From a virus (Duplodnaviria; Caudoviricetes): DNA of 64,000 nt. The notes under the pieces were generated by a model that was not told the DNA's origin, did not search any database, and saw only the letters and a program-made list of their open reading frames with translations. The position numbers and the translations under genes were made by a program. Below, piece after piece: positions 26,443 to 36,651 of this stretch. Positions within the stretch are counted from its first letter, which is position 1. Every line of letters starts with the position of its first letter. The stretch is from positions 1-64,000 of the IMG/VR virus record IMGVR_UViG_3300005611_000008; one strand, given 5' to 3'.

Positions 26443-27818
26443 TGGTAGACGAAACCGTCAAAGGTTATCGATTCGCAGGTGACATCGAAATCAAAAACAT
26501 TTTGCTCGTTGGAGCAAATGGAGAGTTTCGTGACATTGGTAAAATCGTTTTGGAAGTCAACGTCTTTCAGAGTTTGAATGAGCATTATCTTCAAGGCGAG
26601 ATTGTGATCAACGATGCCGTCTCATTACTGACCACTTTATTTGGTAATCGTCGTGAAGGTATTCAAGGCGGTTTCAACGGTGGGGAAGTTATCGTTCTCA
26701 CCTATAAGATGCGTGACAGTTCGCTTCCATTCAAAACGCATTTCTTTGGTGTGCATGAGGTTGCAGAAAGACAGCGATTGGATGAGAAGGATGAGGTATA
26801 TATTCTCAACTGTATCAGTGCCGAAGCATACCGTTCGTCAACAAAAACAATCTCTCGCGCATACGGTGGCAGTTCTGGCAACTTGATTTCAAGCATGATC
26901 AAGTCTATCGTTGATGAGTTTATCTACGACAAATCAATCAAAGACTTGCATCGTTCGTATCGTCAGATTTTAAACATTCGTACTGAGAAAGAAGTCAATA
27001 TATCGAGTACAAGCGGTAAACAAAGTTTTATCATTCCAAACCTAACTCCAGATGATGCAATTGATTATTTGACAAAAGAAGCAGACAATGATAGTCATGT
27101 TCCATATTATTTTTTCTACGAAGATAGTAATGGATTTAACTTTACTGATCTCAATGACATGGTACGAAGAGATGTCAAAGAGACTTATACTTACATGGCA
27201 CAAAATGTCGTAGGTCAAGAAGGCGAATCAGAGCAAGACGAAACACCAATTCGTGATTATCAAAAGATGATTTCTTTTACGGTGCTGAGTCAAACCGACA
27301 TCATTGGCAATACTCGCAGAGGGTTATTTAGGTCAAAGATGATTAACCTCGACATTTTGCGTAAAAATAAATCAGAATACACATTTGATTACTCTAAAGA
27401 GTATGAAAGTTTCAATAAACTACAGAAATGGAAAATACCCGGTGAGATTGATGGGACTCCAGTATTGTACATGATGCAGTCTCGTTTGGGACACGACAAT
27501 GATCCATTGTTTCAACCAGAGAATCCATTACCATCGAGAGTGAATCAGATTCTTCCTCGTAGTCAATCATACTTTGCTCACATCTTCAATACGATGATGG
27601 AAGTCAGTGTACCGGGTAACTCGGAGTTGAATGTTGGTGATGTCGTCGAATTGAACATCCCAAATGCCACAACCATAAATAAGTTAGATGGGAAAAAAGA
27701 CAAGTACCTTAGTGGTAAGTATTTAATCACATCGTTGCGTCACAAGTTTGGTGGCACAACTGGAACAGAATTTACAACCTTCATAGAGTGTGTTAAGGAC
27801 ACAGGGATCGAAATCTAA
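26442..27818 (+). CDS. baseplate hub protein (gp27-like)
   Basis: YFFYEDSNGFNF, VPGNSELNVGDVV and YLSGKYLITSLRHKF; between gp53 and gp5. Confidence 0.7.
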   Translation: MVDETVKGYRFAGDIEIKNILLVGANGEFRDIGKIVLEVNVFQSLNEHYLQGEIVINDAVSLLTTLFGNRREGIQGGFNGGEVIVLTYKMRDSSLPFKTHFFGVHEVAERQRLDEKDEVYILNCISAEAYRSSTKTISRAYGGSSGNLISSMIKSIVDEFIYDKSIKDLHRSYRQILNIRTEKEVNISSTSGKQSFIIPNLTPDDAIDYLTKEADNDSHVPYYFFYEDSNGFNFTDLNDMVRRDVKETYTYMAQNVVGQEGESEQDETPIRDYQKMISFTVLSQTDIIGNTRRGLFRSKMINLDILRKNKSEYTFDYSKEYESFNKLQKWKIPGEIDGTPVLYMMQSRLGHDNDPLFQPENPLPSRVNQILPRSQSYFAHIFNTMMEVSVPGNSELNVGDVVELNIPNATTINKLDGKKDKYLSGKYLITSLRHKFGGTTGTEFTTFIECVKDTGIEI

Positions 27819-28663
27819 TGCTAAACTTTAAAGAACACTTAGAGATGCGCGAGTATCAACAACTCGACGAGAAACTGATCATGTATAACCAAGGCAAGAA
27901 GTACGGTCAAGTAGTCTTCTTAGCAGGTGGTGCAGGTTCTGGTAAAGGATTCGCGCAAACAAACTTTATGGAAGCAGACAAGTTCAAGGTGTTCGATGTA
28001 GACGAACTCAAGAAGTTATTTATCAAAGTCCGTGACCTCAAAATGGATTTGCGTAATCCAGATGATGTTGCTGCGTTACATCAAATGGTTAAAGACTCTG
28101 GTGTAAGAGACTCAGCGATGCTTTCTCTTGCGAGGTCAGTATCCCAATCCAAGACGACAGATACCTTGCCAAACCTCATGTTTGATGTTACACTGAAAGA
28201 GATTGAGGACATTAAAGAACACATGCCAATGTTTAACGCATTGGGATACGATGCAAAAAATATCCATGTCACTTGGGTGCTGACTGACTATTACGTAGCA
28301 GTCAAAGCAAACCAAGAGCGTGATCGCGTCGTACCAGACGACATTCTGCTAAAAACACACGTTGGCGCATCAAAGACAATGACTGAGATTATCAAAGGCA
28401 AACTGCCTCGTGGTGTCAATGGTGAGGTGCGAGTCATTCTCAATAATCGTCGTAACACGATTCCTTACACTGATGCAGAAGGCAATCCTATCAGGGGCAG
28501 TGGTTCTGGTCAGATCATCGTCAAGGACTTCACCTATGTCACACTGAAGAAGTCTGGCAAACCATTCATGAAAGATGCGGCAGTTCAGAAGCAAGTATTC
28601 AGTTGGATACAAGATAATGTACCAAAGGACGCACTGCGTCAAATTGATATTCCCAAGCAATAG
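27818..28663 (+). CDS. P-loop NTPase/kinase (zeta-toxin/AAA_33-like) with head-protein-like leader
   Basis: VFLAGGAGSGKG Walker A, FDVDE, MFDVT and N.ERDRVVP; N-terminus MLNFKEHLE...LDE. Confidence 0.7.
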   Translation: MLNFKEHLEMREYQQLDEKLIMYNQGKKYGQVVFLAGGAGSGKGFAQTNFMEADKFKVFDVDELKKLFIKVRDLKMDLRNPDDVAALHQMVKDSGVRDSAMLSLARSVSQSKTTDTLPNLMFDVTLKEIEDIKEHMPMFNALGYDAKNIHVTWVLTDYYVAVKANQERDRVVPDDILLKTHVGASKTMTEIIKGKLPRGVNGEVRVILNNRRNTIPYTDAEGNPIRGSGSGQIIVKDFTYVTLKKSGKPFMKDAAVQKQVFSWIQDNVPKDALRQIDIPKQ

Positions 28664-28672
28664 GAGGTAGCA

Positions 28673-28849
28673 ATGCCATTACCGGGATCACATAGGGATA
28701 AAAAACTTATCCAAGAAATCGTAGAACCAGAACTCCAAGAAGAAGTTCAACAACCAGAGTTTCTACAAGAAATTAAAGAACCAGTACATGAGGAGGTTCT
28801 CGTTGAAGAAAAACCAAAGCGAAGAAAGAAGTTTTTGGGAGTCCTCTGA
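28673..28849 (+). CDS. small acidic hypothetical protein (58 aa)
   Basis: Own translation MPLPGSHRDKKLIQE...KRRKKFLGVL; SD AGGAGG. Confidence 0.55.
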   Translation: MPLPGSHRDKKLIQEIVEPELQEEVQQPEFLQEIKEPVHEEVLVEEKPKRRKKFLGVL

Positions 28850-28944
28850 ACATCTGAATGATCGGATTGAAGAACAAGAGAAGACTAAAGAGACTCTTAA
28901 AAATGGTCTCCTCTCTTTTTTGAAGCATGTTGAAAAGGTAGAGA

Positions 28945-30303
28945 ATGAGAAACTTCATAGGAAGGGGTAACTTCACTTGGTTTGTCGGTGTTGTAGAGGA
29001 TCGTGATGATCCTGTGCAACTCGGTCGTGTGCGCGTTCGATGCTACGGTTATCATACCGAAGACAAAGGACAAATACCGACAAGCGAACTTCCGTGGGCA
29101 ATTCCAATTAATCCAATTCAGTCTGCATCAGTCAGTGGTGTCGGACACTCACCCACTGGATTGGTAGAAGGGAGTTGGGTTGTCGGTTTTTTCATGGATG
29201 GAGACGATGCACAAGAACCAATGATTATGGGTTCGATCTATGGCGCACCAAGTTCATTGTCAGATCCTTTGTTAGGATTCAATGATCCTACTGGCACGTA
29301 TCCAAGAGAGATCAATGAAACAGATGTAACTCGTGCTGCGCGAGAAGATGCAAATACACACCCAAGTCGAATTACAAAGAATCGTTTAAGAGTAAACCCA
29401 GACGGTACTCCGAAGCAATACTTTACTGCCACGCCTCCAAAGGTAACATCTGTCGCTCCAGATAAAGCAACTGCGTATTATGCCAATACATCTTGGCAAG
29501 AACCTCCTATCAGTAACGACATCGTACCAGACTATCCCTATAATCATGTGAGAGAAACTGAGGGCGGGCATCTTGAAGAATTTGATGATACTGAGGGCGG
29601 TAAGCGTTATCATAGATTCCATCCTTCTGGATCGTTTGAAGAAATCGTGGATGATGGTAGTCGCATTATTAAAGTTGTTGGTGATGACTACGAGATGTAT
29701 CTTGATGGAAAGAACATCTTTGTAGACGGTAACATCAATATGACCGTCACTGGCGACAAGCGAGAATTGATCCAAGGTAATTATCATCTTGAAGTTGAAG
29801 GTGATATGACAATGGACTTGAAACAGTCGTTGCAAACCAAGATCAATTTCAATCAAGAAACAGAGATTGGCAGAAGTCGCTCTACAAACATTGGACAGTC
29901 TGATAACTTGACAATCGTAGAAGGGGATCAGAATCTCAACATCATCACAGGTAATCGCCTAGATAATATTGCGAAGAATGATCTCAAGACCGTTGGGGTA
30001 AACCAAACAACTATCGTAAGTGGTAATACCGCATCATTCACTGGCGTGAATTATAGACACACCAACATCGGTACAATGACTCAAATCGTTAATGGTGATT
30101 TTGTGAAAACTCTCAACTCAAACGAGACTGTCACGATCACTGGTACTAAGACAGAAACTGCGGCAACAATCAGCGCAACATACGGTGATGGTACTATCAC
30201 AGTAACAGGCGGTGATGTAGTAGCAGATGGAATTAGTCTGAATAGTCATACTCATACCGACACAGCAGGACTTGGCGCAGGTACTACCTCGTCTCCAAAT
30301 TAA
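28945..30303 (+). CDS. 5: baseplate central spike gp5 (OB fold + beta-helix, no lysozyme domain)
   Basis: WFVGVVEDRDDP..LGRVRVRC.G.H, GSWVVGFFMDG and YPYNHV.ETE.GH..EFDDT; 8-residue beta-helix repeats; apex SHTH. Confidence 0.9.
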   Translation: MRNFIGRGNFTWFVGVVEDRDDPVQLGRVRVRCYGYHTEDKGQIPTSELPWAIPINPIQSASVSGVGHSPTGLVEGSWVVGFFMDGDDAQEPMIMGSIYGAPSSLSDPLLGFNDPTGTYPREINETDVTRAAREDANTHPSRITKNRLRVNPDGTPKQYFTATPPKVTSVAPDKATAYYANTSWQEPPISNDIVPDYPYNHVRETEGGHLEEFDDTEGGKRYHRFHPSGSFEEIVDDGSRIIKVVGDDYEMYLDGKNIFVDGNINMTVTGDKRELIQGNYHLEVEGDMTMDLKQSLQTKINFNQETEIGRSRSTNIGQSDNLTIVEGDQNLNIITGNRLDNIAKNDLKTVGVNQTTIVSGNTASFTGVNYRHTNIGTMTQIVNGDFVKTLNSNETVTITGTKTETAATISATYGDGTITVTGGDVVADGISLNSHTHTDTAGLGAGTTSSPN

Positions 30304-30314
30304 GGTAATGTAAG

Positions 30315-31421
30315 ATGCAGATTTGCGGTCAAGAAGTAAACATTGAAACCCTCAAAGGCAAGGCATTAGAACTTGGTGCTTTGATGGAAGACCCAGAAGT
30401 CCTTGCTGCTATTCAAGCAAAGGTTGATGAAGCAAACGCAGAGTTAGCAGCATTCAAACCTGAGATTCCAGAAGTACCAAGTCTACAAGATGCATTGGCA
30501 GAACTCAACGCAGAACTAAGTTCAGAAGAGTTTGCGAATAAACTCAAAGCAATCAAAGAAGACTTTGGCGAAGCAGTCGAAGACTTAGACGAAATCTTAG
30601 ACAAGGCAAACTCAAAGATTAACGAGTTCCTTGAAGAGTTGCCCTCATCTGAAGACTTAGCAAAATTAACTGATGGTAGTCTTGTTGGTGAGGCACTCGC
30701 AAAGTTCTCTGCTGAACTTGCACTCGCTGAAGCAAAGGTCAGAAAGAAACTGGCAATCGAAGGTAAACCCACAGTTGATCCTGCGGTTGTATGTAAAGAC
30801 GTTCCTAACATTGAAGTCAAGTTGAAAGAGATTGACGTTCAAGAAGTCAAGCAGAAGATTATCAATGGTGATCCTCAAGTAGACGGTGACGGTAAACCAG
30901 TAACAGAAGTAGTTACTGTTAAGAAGCAAGTCAAGACAAGAGTCGATTTACCAGAAGAACCCAAAGTACCAAAAGAAGTTCCTGTTCCGCCAGAACCAAA
31001 ACCAGTACAAAGAACAAGAACAGTCGATCCAACGACTGAGGCGCGTCGTATCTTGGGCAAAGTACAGAATCCTTCTATAAAATCTATTAGAGAAGAAATC
31101 GTGGGTGATGGTCAAATTGACCGTCAATTATTAAGACAAAAAACATATGCCCATGTAGGATTTTACTATATTGAACGCGCTAAGATAATGGGTATTACTG
31201 GATCGGATAAAGAGATAATTGCAAAAGCATATGAAAGAGGGTTGCAACCTTTTAAAATTAGATTAGATCAAGAACTGTTATTTTCTGTAATCCCAGAAGG
31301 AGATAGAAAAAAACTGTTTAATAAAATAAAAGAAGCATATGAATCAAATACAGATGCTATTGCAACTAAGGTATCATTTGAAGATGCAGTAAAAACAGAT
31401 TCAAGATTTACAAAGGTTTAA
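30315..31421 (+). CDS. hypothetical structural-module protein
   Basis: 368 aa; helical N-half, CKDVPN motif and Pro-rich linker; follows gp5. Confidence 0.65.
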   Translation: MQICGQEVNIETLKGKALELGALMEDPEVLAAIQAKVDEANAELAAFKPEIPEVPSLQDALAELNAELSSEEFANKLKAIKEDFGEAVEDLDEILDKANSKINEFLEELPSSEDLAKLTDGSLVGEALAKFSAELALAEAKVRKKLAIEGKPTVDPAVVCKDVPNIEVKLKEIDVQEVKQKIINGDPQVDGDGKPVTEVVTVKKQVKTRVDLPEEPKVPKEVPVPPEPKPVQRTRTVDPTTEARRILGKVQNPSIKSIREEIVGDGQIDRQLLRQKTYAHVGFYYIERAKIMGITGSDKEIIAKAYERGLQPFKIRLDQELLFSVIPEGDRKKLFNKIKEAYESNTDAIATKVSFEDAVKTDSRFTKV

Positions 31422-31435
31422 AGAACCACAATAAG

Positions 31436-31464
31436 ATTATACACACTGAAAAAGAGTTTGTCAA
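31436..31464 (-). promoter_or_regulatory. perfect-consensus sigma70 promoter, antisense to the baseplate operon
   Basis: Minus strand TTGACA(31464-59)-17 bp-TATAAT(31441-36). Confidence 0.7.
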
Positions 31465-31471
31465 GAGGTAA

Positions 31472-31648
31472 ATGATGAAAAGTCATGATGCGTTAGTTGG
31501 ATTATTTGAAATCTACACAACAGAAAACGAAAAGTTTGAACAAGGAAACAAGACTGCGGGTACACGCGCACGAAAGGCACTTGCAGAGATTGCAAAAATG
31601 TGCAAAGAAAGACGCGCAGAAATCCAAGCATCTAAAAATGCTGACTAA
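31472..31648 (+). CDS. histone H1-like (Hc1-family) small basic protein (58 aa)
   Basis: Own translation MMKSHD...KFEQGNKTAGTRARKALAEIAKMCKERRAEIQ; GNK.AG.RARKA signature; SD GAGG. Confidence 0.75.
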   Translation: MMKSHDALVGLFEIYTTENEKFEQGNKTAGTRARKALAEIAKMCKERRAEIQASKNAD

Positions 31649-31676
31649 ATAGTACAACAAGAATCAGAGAAGAGCG

Positions 31677-32072
31677 ATGCCACAAAAAGACATAACAATC
31701 TTTAGTGATTTGGATATTGGATTTATTCCCCATCCAATCACAAAGCAACTGACACGAAAGAAAAATCGTGAGGCAGTGCGTCAGTCTGTCAAAGCATTGG
31801 TTCTCACAGATTTTTACGAACGCCCATTTAAGTCAGACGTTGGATGTGGCATTCGTCGGTATTTGTTTGAGTTGTTCACACCTGCGACAAAGCAGTCGAT
31901 GCAGAACGCAGTGCGAGAGGTTATTGCAAACTATGAACCTCGTGCAGAGTTAATCGATGTGTTGGTCGAAGACAGACCAGACTTACATGCTGTTACAATT
32001 TCTGTCGCATTTTATATTGTAAACGATCCAGATCCCGTAGTATTAGATGTCATCTTAGAAAGAGTCCGATAA
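31677..32072 (+). CDS. 25: baseplate wedge gp25
   Basis: FSDLD..F..HP, AVRQSVK.LVLT...ERPF, YEPRA and LERVR; ACTAAATA late-like box at 31644-51. Confidence 0.92.
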   Translation: MPQKDITIFSDLDIGFIPHPITKQLTRKKNREAVRQSVKALVLTDFYERPFKSDVGCGIRRYLFELFTPATKQSMQNAVREVIANYEPRAELIDVLVEDRPDLHAVTISVAFYIVNDPDPVVLDVILERVR

Positions 32073-33841
32073 TGGCAACATCAGCAAACAGTTACTTACA
32101 AGTCACAGAGTTAGATTTTGAGGATATTCGTACAAACCTCAAATCTTATCTGTCTACACAAACACAGTTTCAAGACTATGATTTTGAAGGGTCTGCGATG
32201 GCAGTCCTTTTGGATGTTCTGTCTTATAATACACACTATAATGCTTTTTACATCAACATGCTTGCGAATGAGATGTTTTTGGATACGGCACAACAAAGAG
32301 ACTCCGTGGTGTCTCGTGCCAAAGAACTGGGTTATGTGCCTATCTCTGCCATCGGTGCTAGTGCTAATGTTTCCTTAACTTTCACTGGTGTTGCTAACAC
32401 GGTTTCAGAATTTACGATTCCCAAAAACTCTAAGTTCACAACAACTATTGATGACGTTCAATATACCTATGTGACACCTGAAGCATACATTGTAAAAAAC
32501 TTATCAAATACTTTCTCAGCACCTATTACCATTCGTGAAGGTACACCATTAACATATTCTTGGACTGTTAATTCAAACAATCCTGTGCGATATGTAATAC
32601 CAAACGAAAATATAGATACTACTAGCATTGTTATTACGGTGCAAGAATCTTTATCAGACACAACAACCACAGAATTTACCAGAGCAACAAACATTGTTCA
32701 GGTGTTTTCGACATCTCCCATATACTTCCTCGAAGAAGCATATGACAACAAGTATGAAATCATATTTGGTTCGGGTTCTTTGGGTCGATCTGTAAGGAAT
32801 GGTAACATTATTACTGTCAGTTACTTGGTATGTAATGGCGATGCTACCAATGGCGCGACTGCATTTTCCGTGGACACAATTGATATAGACCCTGAATATT
32901 CTACTGTGTCAGTGACAACTAACCGCAGTTCCAGAGGGGGTCGTCCAAAAGAAACTATTGAGTCTATCAAGTTCAATGCCCCAAGAAATTTCCAGACACA
33001 AAATCGTGCAGTAATTGATTCTGATTATGAAAGAATTATTATAACCGAGAATCCTGACTTGCAATCTGTTGTGGCATTTGGTGGGGAACAAGCATCCCCC
33101 GCAGTATATGGTAAAGTGTTTATTGCCGTAAAACCATTCGCAGAAAATTTTGCTACTGCAAACCGCAAATCTGCTATTCGTCAGTCTATTTTAGATCGAA
33201 CACCACTGTCAATCGATCCAGTTATTATTGATCCAAATTATACCTATATTATTGTCGATGTTAAGACTTTTTTTGATTTGAGCAAAACCACAGTGTCACG
33301 AAACGCAATCATTAATGAAGTGAGAAACACGATTGACACCTTCTCACAAAACAATTTAGAGCGTTTCGGCAACCGTTTGAGATATTCGAGATTTGTGCGA
33401 GCATTAGATAATATTTCTGTGGGTTCAATTCTCAATAACGACGCAATCATTAAGATACAAAAAAGATTTGTTCCTAATGTCAATAAGGCAGAACGAGTTG
33501 CCCTCAACTTCAACAATGCCATTCGTCCATCAAGTCTCGTATCGACTGAGTTTACATACAATGGATTTTCTTCATACTTTGAAGATGATGGTAATGGCAA
33601 TGTTAATATTTTTAGATTTAACACTGACCGAGAAAAAGTAAATCTCATAAGTGGTGCAGGAACAATAAACTATACAACGGGTTCGATTGAAATCAATAAC
33701 TTTGCACCGTCTGCATATTCTGACATTGAGATTAGAGCAACTGCTACTCCAGTAAATCTCGATGTGACTCCAGTGCGAGAACAAATTTTACTCATGAACT
33801 CACAAGATGCAACCATAGATGCGATTGGTGAGTCTACCTAA
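32072..33841 (+). CDS. 6: baseplate wedge gp6
   Basis: LDFEDI..NLK.YL, DYDFEGS, LSYNTHYNAFY, QNRAV...DY and YGKVFIAVKP. Confidence 0.93.
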   Translation: MATSANSYLQVTELDFEDIRTNLKSYLSTQTQFQDYDFEGSAMAVLLDVLSYNTHYNAFYINMLANEMFLDTAQQRDSVVSRAKELGYVPISAIGASANVSLTFTGVANTVSEFTIPKNSKFTTTIDDVQYTYVTPEAYIVKNLSNTFSAPITIREGTPLTYSWTVNSNNPVRYVIPNENIDTTSIVITVQESLSDTTTTEFTRATNIVQVFSTSPIYFLEEAYDNKYEIIFGSGSLGRSVRNGNIITVSYLVCNGDATNGATAFSVDTIDIDPEYSTVSVTTNRSSRGGRPKETIESIKFNAPRNFQTQNRAVIDSDYERIIITENPDLQSVVAFGGEQASPAVYGKVFIAVKPFAENFATANRKSAIRQSILDRTPLSIDPVIIDPNYTYIIVDVKTFFDLSKTTVSRNAIINEVRNTIDTFSQNNLERFGNRLRYSRFVRALDNISVGSILNNDAIIKIQKRFVPNVNKAERVALNFNNAIRPSSLVSTEFTYNGFSSYFEDDGNGNVNIFRFNTDREKVNLISGAGTINYTTGSIEINNFAPSAYSDIEIRATATPVNLDVTPVREQILLMNSQDATIDAIGEST

Positions 33842-36651
33842 TGGCAGTCGAGAATAAAATATCAAAACTCGTAAAAAACCAGTTTCCCGATTTCTATAAA
33901 GAGGAGGGAGAAAACTTTCTTGCATTTGTTCAAGCATACTATGAGTATCTAGAACAAAATGGTAAGATGACTGATGCTATACAAAATCTTGAATCATATC
34001 GAGACATCAACACCACACTTGACGAGTATCTTGAATATTTTGAAAACGATCTGTTGCCTTCTGTTCCAAGTGAGGTAACGGCAGATAAACGTCTCCTTGC
34101 AAAGTATATCAAGTACTTCAATCAAACTCGCGGAACTCTTTCATCTTATAAACTCCTTTTTCGTTCATTATACAACGAAGAAGTTGAGGTTAATTACCCC
34201 GCAGATCAGATTTTAAAAGTCTCTGAAGGTGATTGGAGACTTGAGCGTTATCTGATTACAAACTTTGACAGCAACACATATCGATTTATCGGAAGAACAG
34301 TGAAAGGCATTGAATCTGATGCCGAAGCACTGGTAGAAGATGTGCTACGTTTTGTCTTTGGCGGTCGCGATGTGATGAAAATTTTGCTCTCTAACATCAA
34401 AGGATCATTTAACCATTTCGAACCAATTCGTCTTTTATCGGATGTTAATGCAACAGGACATACCCCCATCGTTGAAGCAGGTATTAATACTGTAGAAATC
34501 ATAACAACAGGGGGTCAATATCAGGTTGGAGATGTTATCAATATTATCTCAGACCAAGTGGGCGACTTGGGCAAGTTAGTTGTCACAGAAACAGTTAACT
34601 TGGGTGACATTATCACATTCAATTTGATAGATGGTGGATCTGGATTCACTGCATCTGATCAAAACAGGGGAACAGACATTTTCATCAGAGGTGGTGATGG
34701 TATCTCTCCTGCTAGTTTTGTTTTTACCCAAGAAGATATTGTAGATACATTTGCTATCTCTATCAATACAAACCTTATCGCATCAAATACTACATTCTGG
34801 TCAGGAGCACCTACGGTTACTGCTGCTAATGGTAGTTCTATAACGATGAATACTTTGGCAAATGTCGTTTTGTCAAGTCCTAACTTTGGATTCCCTGAAC
34901 AAGAAAATCAAACCGAGGTTTTTAGAGATAATGCGAATGCTGTCATCAATATTGCAAACACTGCTCAAGAGTTGACCGTTGGACAACCAATCTATGGTGT
35001 GACATCTGGAGCAAATGGTGTAATCACAGAAGTAGTTGATGCCACTGCAGGTGATGCATGGTTTAGAGTAGATACACATAAGTCATTTCAATCAGCAGAA
35101 AATGTAAAGGTAGGTTCTACATCTGGAAACACAGTTGGAACGGTAAATTCATTCCAAGCAAATACAATTGGTTATCACGTACTACAAATTGGTAATACCG
35201 CAGGTCAAACAATCTCCGAAGGTGATGAAATTGTCGGAAGAATTTCAAATTCGTTTGGTGTGGTAAAGAAAGTGGTTTCTACTGAATCAGATGGATATAA
35301 TACTGGTTCGACACTAAGAGACTTAGTAACCGTACAAGTTACAGCAAACACATCGGCAAACCTTACTACTCAGTTCTCAACAGGACCAATAAAGTCATTT
35401 ATCGAGGATGAGGGTTTGCGATTGGTTGGTGCTAATACAACTATAGGCAATACTGTCAGCGACACATCAAATACGCAGATTGAAAATATTTACACTAAAC
35501 TAAGTGATTCATTCTTGTTCTTATCTACAACTTTTGGTACGATTTCACAACTGTCTTTGCCTATTGGTGGTTCTGGTTTCTCAGTGGCACCAACGGTAAG
35601 TGTGGTAGAACCCGACATTGCACCATTGGGTATCGGTGAAGCATTCTTGACCTTACAGAACGACGATGTGAATTGGAGTACAGGCAACTCTCAAATCGTG
35701 TCTCTCGATACAAACGATGGATTAGTACAGTCCTCGACTGGTGCTATCGGTGATGTCAAAGGAGGTCTCAGTGGAGAGACCGTTGCGACAAATCAACTGG
35801 CAAACGGTACATATCAGACAGTCGTTCGAGTGTGGCAAAAACCATTGCAGAGAGTTCCGAGCAACATTAACTGGGAAACAAACACAGTCACTCTAAACTT
35901 CTACAACTCATCTTATGTTCCGGGAACAATAGATACTCGAACTCCCACAGATACAGGTTCGGCAACGATTGTTGCTATCAATGATCGTGGAGTTTTAGGA
36001 CAAAATGCCAATATCAACGCAAGTGTGGGAGCAAACGGTGCAATTACCAAAGTCCGAGTTCTTGACTCTGGTGTAGGGTATCGAGATGGTGAGGTAGTAA
36101 CGTTAAAAGCACCAGATGTGCCAAGTGGAGCATCTGCTACGGTTCGACTTTCTTTAAATGATGTTGCAAACTCAGAAGGTTTTTATGCAACTACTCGAAG
36201 TCACCTAGATTCCAAACGCGGGTTTATTCAAGACAACTATTTTTATCAAGAGTTTTCATATCAAGTTCAATCTGCTGTAACCTTTGATAGATATCGAGAT
36301 GTTATTTTGAACCTAGTCCATCCAGCAGGACAAATTGTATTCGGAAGATATAGTGATGTTGCAAATGTGGCAGTTAATATCGTTGCGACTGCAAACAATA
36401 CTATAAGACAAAAAGGAACTGGTACAGTATCCATTAGTAATGGCACATTTACCATCACAGGTTCTGGCACAAGTTTCCTTGAAGAATATTCAAACAATGG
36501 AACAATGATTATTGAATATTCACCGAAATCTTTCTATAAAGTTCCACTAAATATAGTATCAACAGACACATCAGCAAATGTTAAAGTCACATGGACTACT
36601 GGTGATTTGTCGAACTCAAATACATACTATCTCACAGGACAGATATCATAA
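33841..36651 (+). CDS. 7: baseplate wedge initiator gp7-like
   Basis: QFPDF...FV.AYYEYLE, RGT..SYKLLFR.LY, IQDNYFYQEFSY and VHPAG; lies between gp6 and gp8. Confidence 0.78.
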   Translation: MAVENKISKLVKNQFPDFYKEEGENFLAFVQAYYEYLEQNGKMTDAIQNLESYRDINTTLDEYLEYFENDLLPSVPSEVTADKRLLAKYIKYFNQTRGTLSSYKLLFRSLYNEEVEVNYPADQILKVSEGDWRLERYLITNFDSNTYRFIGRTVKGIESDAEALVEDVLRFVFGGRDVMKILLSNIKGSFNHFEPIRLLSDVNATGHTPIVEAGINTVEIITTGGQYQVGDVINIISDQVGDLGKLVVTETVNLGDIITFNLIDGGSGFTASDQNRGTDIFIRGGDGISPASFVFTQEDIVDTFAISINTNLIASNTTFWSGAPTVTAANGSSITMNTLANVVLSSPNFGFPEQENQTEVFRDNANAVINIANTAQELTVGQPIYGVTSGANGVITEVVDATAGDAWFRVDTHKSFQSAENVKVGSTSGNTVGTVNSFQANTIGYHVLQIGNTAGQTISEGDEIVGRISNSFGVVKKVVSTESDGYNTGSTLRDLVTVQVTANTSANLTTQFSTGPIKSFIEDEGLRLVGANTTIGNTVSDTSNTQIENIYTKLSDSFLFLSTTFGTISQLSLPIGGSGFSVAPTVSVVEPDIAPLGIGEAFLTLQNDDVNWSTGNSQIVSLDTNDGLVQSSTGAIGDVKGGLSGETVATNQLANGTYQTVVRVWQKPLQRVPSNINWETNTVTLNFYNSSYVPGTIDTRTPTDTGSATIVAINDRGVLGQNANINASVGANGAITKVRVLDSGVGYRDGEVVTLKAPDVPSGASATVRLSLNDVANSEGFYATTRSHLDSKRGFIQDNYFYQEFSYQVQSAVTFDRYRDVILNLVHPAGQIVFGRYSDVANVAVNIVATANNTIRQKGTGTVSISNGTFTITGSGTSFLEEYSNNGTMIIEYSPKSFYKVPLNIVSTDTSANVKVTWTTGDLSNSNTYYLTGQIS

